NCBI GenBank assembly: GCA_044370375.1
Contig: JBILVQ010000002.1
Location: 1 to 43,184, forward strand
Source: Bacteroidia bacterium
GTDB lineage: Bacteria > Bacteroidota > Bacteroidia > UBA4408
Direction: 5' to 3'
DNA length: 43,184 bases
Both the position numbers and the translations under genes were made by a program. The notes beneath the pieces were generated by a model. The model was not told where the DNA came from. It ran no database searches and was given only the letters and a program-made list of their open reading frames with translations. Each line of letters begins with the position of its first letter. The stretch's first letter is position 1. Shown in pieces: positions 36,536-43,184 of the stretch.

Positions 36536-37201
36536 ATGAAAAATTTTCTTGCCTCTCTGCTGCTTTTTCTTGTTTTTTCGTTTGCTCCTGTTGCCTCCAT
36601 TGGGCAAGAAATGGTGCAAATGATGGATGGAAATAAACTGTTTGTTACACTGGTCGATACTTCCGGCAAAATAATTAAGGTGGAGGATCCCGATCCGCCC
36701 AAAAGAAAAAAAAACGCAGCCGAAAAAGCCATTGTCAGCTTTGAAAAGGAAAGGGTTTTTTCCGTAACCTACCGAACAGGTGAAGAAGTAGTTTACTACC
36801 GACAAGATACAACCAGTCAGGAGGACGATAACCTGCTAACCATTGATGAAATGCGCTCTTACCTTGCCGGTGTACATGACGCTAAAAACAGGTATAAATC
36901 TCCAGGTGCTTTTTGGGCCTGTTTTGCAACAGGTGTGGCCTCTGGTTTAACCCTTCCCTTATTACTTTCTCCATTGGTACCCGTAGGAATGACCTATTTC
37001 ATGGGAACCCGCTGGATAAAAGTGAACAGAGAGCACATCTCTGACCCTAAATATTTAAAAGATGAGTTCTATATAATGGGTTACGAAAGAACTGCGCGAA
37101 GCATGAGAGTTCAGGGGTCATTGGGTGGTACTTTGTCTGGCCTTTTTGTTGGTATTTTGGCATCTACAACCCTGTTTAACGAAAACCTAACTTCAGAGTA
37201 A
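36536..37201 (+). CDS. Hypothetical membrane-associated protein
   Basis: 221 aa with a signal peptide or anchor (MKNFLASLLLFLVFSFAPVASIG), a soluble charged middle and two or three hydrophobic helices toward the C-terminus. I recognise no family. Confidence 0.55.
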   Translation: MKNFLASLLLFLVFSFAPVASIGQEMVQMMDGNKLFVTLVDTSGKIIKVEDPDPPKRKKNAAEKAIVSFEKERVFSVTYRTGEEVVYYRQDTTSQEDDNLLTIDEMRSYLAGVHDAKNRYKSPGAFWACFATGVASGLTLPLLLSPLVPVGMTYFMGTRWIKVNREHISDPKYLKDEFYIMGYERTARSMRVQGSLGGTLSGLFVGILASTTLFNENLTSE

Positions 37202-37210
37202 TTTTTTTTT

Positions 37211-38077
37211 TTGAAACAACTGGTAATTGGGCTTTGTTACGCTAACCTTTGGGTTGCATTGCAAATTGCGCTTTTTTCTTTACCCTTTTCGTTTCAGTTT
37301 CTTCCTCCGGCATTGGCGCAAAAGTATGCTATCCTTGTCTTTCTTTTTTCTTTTTTAGTATATGTTCTCTTAAGGAGGGAAGCACTTTTCTCTAAACCTT
37401 CAAACACTGAACAGCCACAGTTGTTGTGGACCTACCCCAACCGAGGTTTCATGCTGCTTTTGGTCTTGCTCTCCATTATCGGTATTCTGGTTTTGCTGTT
37501 TTGGTATTTTCCAATCAAGCAGCTCATTTTTTGGATGCCGCTCCTTCCTTTGCTGGTCTTTTATAATTGGAATTTCGAACAAAAGAGAACAAAGGTTAAT
37601 ACACTGCGGAAATTTGGCGGACTAAAACCCTTGGTAATTACATTTTGTGTTGTTTGGGTTGCCTATTTCTCACCATTGTTGGCGGGCCATTTTTTGGTTG
37701 GATTACAACAGTCGCTGTTGGCAATTTTGTTAGAAGCATTGGCTTTGTTTTTTTTTGTTCTTTCTCTTGTCCTTCCTTTCGATATCAGAGATATTCAATA
37801 TGATTTTCAAAATGGCTTGAAAACCATTCCTGTTATTTTGGGAGAAAGAAAAACCCGTTTGGTTTGTATGGGCCTTCTTACGTTTTATGGCTCGCTTTTT
37901 TTGCTAATCTTCCTGCTTGATTTAAGGCCATTGGGGCAAATTTGGCCACACTGGATTGCAATGATAGCAGGTTGGGCCCTACTTGCCGACAAGGGATTAA
38001 CCCGTGAATCCTGGGAATATTTGTGGTGGGTTGACGGCTTGCTAGGGTTCCCGGCTTTGCTTTGGCTGTTATTTTAA
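37211..38077 (+). CDS. UbiA-prenyltransferase-like polytopic membrane protein (only the second Asp-rich motif is recognisable)
   Basis: 288 aa from TTG 37211 with about 8 TM helices. PFDIRDIQYDFQNGLKTIPVILGERKT resembles the second UbiA motif (DxxDxxxD...G..T). I find no Asp at all in the first ~190 residues. Confidence 0.5.
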   Translation: MKQLVIGLCYANLWVALQIALFSLPFSFQFLPPALAQKYAILVFLFSFLVYVLLRREALFSKPSNTEQPQLLWTYPNRGFMLLLVLLSIIGILVLLFWYFPIKQLIFWMPLLPLLVFYNWNFEQKRTKVNTLRKFGGLKPLVITFCVVWVAYFSPLLAGHFLVGLQQSLLAILLEALALFFFVLSLVLPFDIRDIQYDFQNGLKTIPVILGERKTRLVCMGLLTFYGSLFLLIFLLDLRPLGQIWPHWIAMIAGWALLADKGLTRESWEYLWWVDGLLGFPALLWLLF

Positions 38078-38082
38078 AGCAA

Positions 38083-39369
38083 TTACAAAACCTTGAGTAA
38101 ACAGCCGGCAATTTTTTCTGCTGCAAGCATTAGTTGTTCGGTAGTATGCGCTGCAGAAACAAAACCAACTTCATAACCCGATGGTCCTATGTAGACCCCT
38201 TCCTCTAAAAGCAAGTGATAGAACTCACCAAATTTTTTCATAGAGCTTGGGTCAATTTCTTCGGCAGTACGAATTGTTTCTTTTTCTGTAAAAGCAATCC
38301 AAAAAATTGAGCCAATTCTAAAAATTTTACAAGCTTTTTTACCTGCAATTTTTTGTTGAATTTGTTCCACAAGAAAGGAACATTTTTTATCCAGCTCTTC
38401 ATAAAATCCGGGTTTAAGACAAATCGACAACTGGGCAATTCCTGCTGCCATCGCCACCGGATTACCGGATAATGTGCCTGCTTGGTAAACAGGTCCTTCC
38501 GGAGAAATACTTTGCATAATAGGGTCTTTGGCTCCGTAAGCCCCTACCGGCAATCCGCCCCCAAGAATTTTTCCATAAGTGCAAATGTCGGGTTGAATTT
38601 GGTAAGTGCCGGCTGCTCCGCAAAACGAAGTTCTGAATCCTGAAATCACTTCATCAAAAATCAAAAGACAACCCACTTCGGTGCATTTTTTTCTGAGGTA
38701 AGTTAAAAACTCTTTTCGTTGAAGTAACAAGCCATTGTTGGCGGGTACCGGCTCAATAATGACGGCTGCAACATCGCTGCCAAATTGTTCTAGGGCCAAA
38801 TCCAGGGCAGCCTCATTGTCCAGTGGTAATACGATGGTATCCTTTACAACAGATTCTGGTACCCCCGCCGAGGAGCTATTGCCAAAAGTAACCAGCCCCG
38901 AACCGGCCTTTACCAATAATGAGTCGGTATGTCCGTGATAACAACCTTCAAATTTGATAATTTTATTTTTTTGGGTAAATCCTCTCGCTAAACGAATGGC
39001 CGACATAACCGCTTCTGTACCTGAACTAACAAATCTGATTTTGTCGATGTATGGATTATTGTTTAGGATTAATTCTCCCAAACGGTTTTCAAGTTGTGTG
39101 GGTGCCCCAAAAGAGGTTCCTTTTATCATGGTCTCCCTTATGGATGAAAGTATTTCATCATTGGCATGACCCAAAATCAAAGGACCCCACGAACAACAAA
39201 AGTCTATATACTCATTGCCGTCGGCATCGGTAATTTTTGCCCCTTTTCCACTTTCAATAAAAAGTGGAGTTCCTCCTACCGACCGAAAGGCCCGCACAGG
39301 GCTATTGACACCACCGGGAAAAAGTTTTTTGGCGTTATTGAAAAGTTCCGCTGAACGTTGGTTTTTCAT
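38083..39369 (-). CDS. hemL: Glutamate-1-semialdehyde 2,1-aminomutase
   Basis: 428 aa with GGVNSPVRAF, SGTEAVMSAIRLARG, FDEVISGFR and the PLP-lysine context YGKILGGGLP. Confidence 0.96.
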   Translation of the reverse strand: MKNQRSAELFNNAKKLFPGGVNSPVRAFRSVGGTPLFIESGKGAKITDADGNEYIDFCCSWGPLILGHANDEILSSIRETMIKGTSFGAPTQLENRLGELILNNNPYIDKIRFVSSGTEAVMSAIRLARGFTQKNKIIKFEGCYHGHTDSLLVKAGSGLVTFGNSSSAGVPESVVKDTIVLPLDNEAALDLALEQFGSDVAAVIIEPVPANNGLLLQRKEFLTYLRKKCTEVGCLLIFDEVISGFRTSFCGAAGTYQIQPDICTYGKILGGGLPVGAYGAKDPIMQSISPEGPVYQAGTLSGNPVAMAAGIAQLSICLKPGFYEELDKKCSFLVEQIQQKIAGKKACKIFRIGSIFWIAFTEKETIRTAEEIDPSSMKKFGEFYHLLLEEGVYIGPSGYEVGFVSAAHTTEQLMLAAEKIAGCLLKVL

Positions 39370-39386
39370 AGAAGTTTTTGTGAGCG

Positions 39387-39394
39387 CAAATATA
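39387..39394 (-). promoter_or_regulatory. Candidate -7 promoter box for hemL
   Basis: Plus-strand caaatata equals TATATTTG on the minus strand, 18 nt upstream of ATG 39369. It abuts the kynU box. Confidence 0.4.
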
Positions 39395-39402
39395 TACTTT
39401 TG
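39395..39402 (+). promoter_or_regulatory. Candidate -7 promoter box for kynU
   Basis: Exact tacttttg, 24 nt upstream of ATG 39426. This favours ATG 39426 over the ORF-track TTG at 39411. Confidence 0.4.
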
Positions 39403-39425
39403 ACAGGCCTTTGAATGACAAAAAT

Positions 39426-40718
39426 ATGGACTACAAAAATGAATTTGAATTTGCCCAAAACGCAGACCAAAATGACAGGTTTCGCGATTTCAGGGATTTG
39501 TTCTACTTCCCTCAGCTAAATGGTAAGGATGCGCTTTACTTTACCGGTAACTCTTTGGGTCTTCAAACAAAATCAACGGCTGCATGCATAAAGCAGGAAC
39601 TTGACGATTGGGCCAAACATGGAGTAGAAGGTCATTTCAATGCAAAAAATCCATGGTTTGCTTATCATGAATGGTTTGCAAAACCTTTGTCGAAAATTGT
39701 TGGAGCCCTCCCCTCCGAAGTTGTTGCCATGAATCAGTTAACGGTGAATCTGCACCTGTTAATGGTTTCCTTTTATCGACCAACTCCTCGAAAATTTAAA
39801 ATACTTTGTGAAGCAAGAGCCTTCCCCTCCGATCAATATGCACTTGAATCTCAGGTCCGCTTTCATGGCTTTGCTCCCGAAGATGCCATCATCGAAATTG
39901 TTCCGCGCCCGGGCGAATATTGCATTCGGGAGGAAGATATTTTGGAAGCCATTGATACCCATGCAGATGAACTAGCCCTGGTTTTGATGGGTGGCGTTAA
40001 TTACGTGACCGGACAGTTTTTTAATCTTGAAAAAATTACCCATGCCGGGCATTTGGTGAATGCCTTGGTGGGTTTCGATTTGGCACATGCAGCAGGAAAT
40101 GTTCCACTAATGCTTCATGATTGGGATGTTGATTTTGCTTGCTGGTGTTCTTACAAGTACCTTAACTCCGGACCCGGTGGAGTAGGCGGAGTTTTTGTTC
40201 ACGAAAAACATCATCAATTGGACTGGCCCCGTTTTGCAGGATGGTGGGGACATAATAAACAGGAAAGGTTTAAAATGGAAAAGCACTTTAAACCGATTGA
40301 GTCAGCCGAAGCATGGCAAATGAGCAATGCACCGGTTATTTCAATGGCAGCCCATAGAGCCGCCTTAGAGGTGTTTGAAAAAACAGAAATGAGCCTTTTA
40401 AGGGCAAAAAGTCTCCAGTTAACCGGTTTCATGGAATTTCTTATTCTAGAAACAGAGCAGCAATTAAGGGAAAAGGGTTTTCATCATAAAAGTCTTGAAA
40501 TCATTACCCCGCGAGACACAGCCCACAGAGGTTGTCAGCTATCGGTGGTGGCCAATGGTTTCGGAAAAGCATTGCATCAAGATTTAATCAATCAAGGGGT
40601 TATCAGCGATTGGCGCGAACCAAACGTCATCAGGTTTGCACCAGTGCCTCTTTACAATTCCTTTAAAGATGTTTTTGAATTCGGTAAAATTTTGCAAAGA
40701 ATTGTGCTTTCTAACTAA
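39426..40718 (+). CDS. kynU: Kynureninase
   Basis: About 430 aa aminotransferase class V fold. It has the typical kynureninase N-terminus (FYFP...YF.GNSLGLQ), DLAHAAGNVPL and the PLP-lysine context WCSYKYLNSGPG. Confidence 0.9.
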   Translation: MDYKNEFEFAQNADQNDRFRDFRDLFYFPQLNGKDALYFTGNSLGLQTKSTAACIKQELDDWAKHGVEGHFNAKNPWFAYHEWFAKPLSKIVGALPSEVVAMNQLTVNLHLLMVSFYRPTPRKFKILCEARAFPSDQYALESQVRFHGFAPEDAIIEIVPRPGEYCIREEDILEAIDTHADELALVLMGGVNYVTGQFFNLEKITHAGHLVNALVGFDLAHAAGNVPLMLHDWDVDFACWCSYKYLNSGPGGVGGVFVHEKHHQLDWPRFAGWWGHNKQERFKMEKHFKPIESAEAWQMSNAPVISMAAHRAALEVFEKTEMSLLRAKSLQLTGFMEFLILETEQQLREKGFHHKSLEIITPRDTAHRGCQLSVVANGFGKALHQDLINQGVISDWREPNVIRFAPVPLYNSFKDVFEFGKILQRIVLSN

Positions 40719-40796
40719 AACCATTCCTTCCCTAAATTTCTTTCCTTGATTAATTCCTGAAATTTTTATCTTCGCACCTCCAAAATATTTAAAAAA

Positions 40797-41357
40797 ATGG
40801 CAGATACTTCAGATATCGGGGTTGGTTCAGTGATTCGGTTCAATGGCGAACTTTGTCAGATCATTGAATACACCCACCGTACACCCGGAAACTTAAGGGC
40901 CTTTTATCAGGCAAAAATGAGAAATTTAAAGACCCAGAAATTGGTGGAATACCGCTTTAGGTCGGGTGAAGGAGTTGATTTGGTGAGGATAGAATATCGG
41001 CCACTTCAGTATATTTATTCAGAAGGCGAACACATCGTTTGTATGGACAATACTACTTACGAGCAAGTTCATATTCCATCCGTTTTGTTTGGCGATGGTT
41101 TGAAATTCATGAAAGAGGGAAATGAGGTGAAGGTGGCTTTTGAAGAGGATACCCCGATTACTGCTGAAGCTCCTGTATTTGTTGAATTGCAAATCACTTA
41201 TACAGAGCCCGGGGTTAAAGGCGATACAGCAACCAATACTTTAAAACCGGCAACGCTTGAAACAGGAGCTGTTGTGATGGTTCCACTTTTTGTCAATGAA
41301 TCTGAAAAAATCAGAATCGACACCCGAACAGGTTCTTACGTGGAAAGGGTGAAATAA
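40797..41357 (+). CDS. efp: Translation elongation factor P (atypical loop tip)
   Basis: 186 aa with a three-domain EF-P layout and a strongly conserved C-terminal OB domain (ITYTEPGVKGDTATNTLKPATLETGAVV.VPLF). The beta3-beta4 loop reads HRTPGNLRAF. Confidence 0.95.
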   Translation: MADTSDIGVGSVIRFNGELCQIIEYTHRTPGNLRAFYQAKMRNLKTQKLVEYRFRSGEGVDLVRIEYRPLQYIYSEGEHIVCMDNTTYEQVHIPSVLFGDGLKFMKEGNEVKVAFEEDTPITAEAPVFVELQITYTEPGVKGDTATNTLKPATLETGAVVMVPLFVNESEKIRIDTRTGSYVERVK

Positions 41358-41378
41358 TCATTGATGGTGTTTATCTTT

Positions 41379-41406
41379 AAGCCGGTTTTTACCGGCTTTT
41401 TTTTTT
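41379..41406 (+). terminator. Rho-independent terminator of efp
   Basis: The stem aagccggt (41379-41386) pairs with accggctt (41391-41398) across a tttt loop. A T10 run follows. Confidence 0.85.
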
Positions 41407-41425
41407 GCAGCATAATTACGAATCC

Positions 41426-42343
41426 ATGAAACTCAGCAACCCAATAGATGTAAACGATCTGAACTCTTTCGAGGGTTTTACAAGAATTATCGGTGATTTG
41501 AAAGGAAAAATAACCGGTATCAATGAGATTCACATGGTGGAACCTGGAGACCTAACATTTGTGGATCATCCAAAGTATTACAAAAAAGCCTTGGAGTCGG
41601 CCGCAACTTTCATCTTGATCAACACTGATGAGGTTAGCATTCCTGAAGGAAAAACAATCATTGTTTGCAAAGATCCTTTTTCAGTATATAATGGTCTGGT
41701 AGGTAGGTATGTATCTTTTCCTGAAACCAAAGAAATGCAGAGCTCCTCAGCAAAAATTGGAGAAGGGACCATTATTCAGCCCGGAGCCTTTGTAGGTGAA
41801 AAGGTGGTGATTGGAAAGAACTGTGTGATTTTCCCGAATGTAACTTTGCTGGGGCCTGCCATTATTGGTGATAATGTTATTATTCAATCAGGTACCGTGA
41901 TTGGTTCAGATGCCTTTTACTATAAAAAAAGGCCTGACCATTATGAAAAAATGCTTTCCGGAGGACGCACCATAATTGGGAATAATGTAGAAATAGGGGC
42001 TGCTTGCACTATTGATAAAGGTGTTTCAGGCGATACCATTATCGGTGAGGGAACTAAGTTGGATAACCATGTTCACATAGGCCATGATACACATATTGGA
42101 AAAAATTGCCTGCTTGCCGCGCAGGTAGGAGTGGCAGGCGTAGTGGTTATTGAGGATGAGGTTATTTTATGGGGACAGGTGGGTGTTCAAAAAGATTTAA
42201 CGATCGGCAAAGGAGCCATTGTACTTGGACAATCAGGAGTTACAAAATCAATTCCGGGAGCAACAACCTATTTTGGTACTCCGGCCATTGAGGCAAGGAA
42301 AAAATGGCGAGAATTAGCGGCATTAAGGAATCTATCAGATTAG
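41426..42343 (+). CDS. lpxD: UDP-3-O-acylglucosamine N-acyltransferase
   Basis: About 305 aa from ATG 41426 (MKLSNPIDV...). The ORF-track TTG 41405 lies inside the terminator T-run. It has left-handed beta-helix hexapeptide repeats and a catalytic His context (NHVHIGHDTHIGKN). Confidence 0.88.
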   Translation: MKLSNPIDVNDLNSFEGFTRIIGDLKGKITGINEIHMVEPGDLTFVDHPKYYKKALESAATFILINTDEVSIPEGKTIIVCKDPFSVYNGLVGRYVSFPETKEMQSSSAKIGEGTIIQPGAFVGEKVVIGKNCVIFPNVTLLGPAIIGDNVIIQSGTVIGSDAFYYKKRPDHYEKMLSGGRTIIGNNVEIGAACTIDKGVSGDTIIGEGTKLDNHVHIGHDTHIGKNCLLAAQVGVAGVVVIEDEVILWGQVGVQKDLTIGKGAIVLGQSGVTKSIPGATTYFGTPAIEARKKWRELAALRNLSD

Positions 42344-42544
42344 TCAATTGGCATTAGCCCCGTAATTTTGGATGAAAATGGCGCTTTTTTATTGATTTTT
42401 TTTTCAGTTTTACCTACAATATTGCTCTAATGGTCTAAAATTTTTGCTTTTCAAACCCACTTTCTTCTTTTTTATTTACCTTGAAACGTTTTTGAACAGT
42501 TTTCGTTCAAAGAATAAAATCACCCAAAAAAAAGACTCTCCTGC

Positions 42545-43184
42545 ATGGTTGGTCCAAAATTAAGCGAAGCTGAAAAATTAAAGAAAAAGATTGCCAACGT
42601 TAAGTTGAATTCTTTGCTTGAAATTACGAAGGCTATCAATGATAATTACTCTACCGACAAGCTTTTCAGCATTTATCTGAATATCCTGTCGAAAGAGTTA
42701 AACATTGGTAAAGTAGCGCTTTTTACCAACGAAAGAGGTGTTTGGAATTGTGTTTTGAAATATGGAATTGTGGCAGATTTTTCCGATATTTCCATAGAGC
42801 GTGATTTGCTTTCCTATAAGGAAATAACCGGGGTTAATTTAATTCCAACCTCAAGTTATTCCATCGAGTCGTTCGATATCATCATTCCGGTTTTTCACAA
42901 AACCCACGCGCTGGCTTATTTGTTGGTTGGAGATTTGGATGAAAACAGGGTTGAAATGAGCCCAACCTTAAAACATCTTCCTTTTGTTCAAACCCTTACC
43001 AACATTATCATCGTAGCCATCGAAAACAAAAGATTGGCAAGGGAAAATCTCATGCAGGTTGCCTCAAGAAAGGAATTGGAACTGGCCAGTGAAATGCAGG
43101 CCATGCTTTTCCCTTCTATCCTTCCCAATGATGAGAAGTTGATGATCAGTGCCTATTACCAGCCACATCACCAGGTGGGTGGTG
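42545..43184 (+). CDS. GAF-domain / PP2C (SpoIIE-RsbU type) serine phosphatase, N-terminal part (runs off the window)
   Basis: Manual translation from ATG 42545 reads MVGPKLSEAEKLKKKIANVKLNSLLEITKAINDN... (GAF-like), then ...RKELELASEMQAMLFPSILP...ISAYYQPHHQVGGD. This is the typical junction into a PP2C/SpoIIE phosphatase domain. It is absent from the ORF track because it is truncated. Confidence 0.75.
   Translation, partial: MVGPKLSEAEKLKKKIANVKLNSLLEITKAINDNYSTDKLFSIYLNILSKELNIGKVALFTNERGVWNCVLKYGIVADFSDISIERDLLSYKEITGVNLIPTSSYSIESFDIIIPVFHKTHALAYLLVGDLDENRVEMSPTLKHLPFVQTLTNIIIVAIENKRLARENLMQVASRKELELASEMQAMLFPSILPNDEKLMISAYYQPHHQVGG

Noticed and set aside
36359-36805. A 148-aa minus-strand ORF spanning the gcvP start, the intergenic promoter region and the 5' end of the 221-aa gene.
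   Set aside because: It overlaps the well-supported gcvP start and both candidate -7 boxes. Its Lys/Arg-rich stretch is simply the readout of A/T tracts, and it has no recognisable motifs.
37202-37212. A T11 homopolymer between the 221-aa gene's stop and the UbiA-like gene's TTG start, and an A10 tract at 32080-32089 just upstream of the T9SS cargo A start. Both could be slipped-strand phase-variation tracts.
   Set aside because: Both tracts are intergenic, so length changes would not shift a reading frame. A/T homopolymers are common in this AT-rich sequence and in A-rich Bacteroidota leaders. A single sequence gives no evidence of variability.

Overview
This window looks like a densely packed, AT-rich (roughly 40% GC by eye) chromosomal segment from a member of the Bacteroidota. 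Three things support that assignment: two cargo proteins with type IX secretion (T9SS) C-terminal sorting domains, an ExbB-ExbD-TonB-FolC operon, and many exact TAnnTTTG -7 promoter boxes correctly placed upstream of start codons. I call about 35 coding regions. Most are recognisable housekeeping genes: pfkA, recR, a 2-oxoacid dehydrogenase E2, an M1 aminopeptidase, slyD, dxs, kdsD, recQ, folC, gcvP, hemL, kynU, efp and lpxD. Intergenic spacers are short, at most about 200 bp. I saw no tRNA or rRNA genes, CRISPR arrays, transposases, integrases, phage genes or obvious defence islands. I cannot point to a clear multi-gene novel system, so the window reads as core genome. The observations most worth follow-up are listed below.
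- One 786-codon ORF fuses an orphan NqrB/RnfD-like membrane domain, with its flavinylation site substituted, to a DUF2330 domain.
- An EF-P carries Asn at the loop-tip position that is normally a modified Lys or Arg.
- A GT2 glycosyltransferase is fused to a WbaP-like phosphoglycosyl transferase module that lacks its catalytic core.
- Two tandem, divergent T9SS cargo paralogues of unknown function sit next to a secreted HMA protein and a hybrid sensor kinase with no output domain.
- An amino-acid dehydrogenase is translationally coupled to an MscS channel.
Several ORF-track starts appear over-extended across promoters, and I give corrected starts for these. All functional calls come from motif recognition by eye, not from searches.
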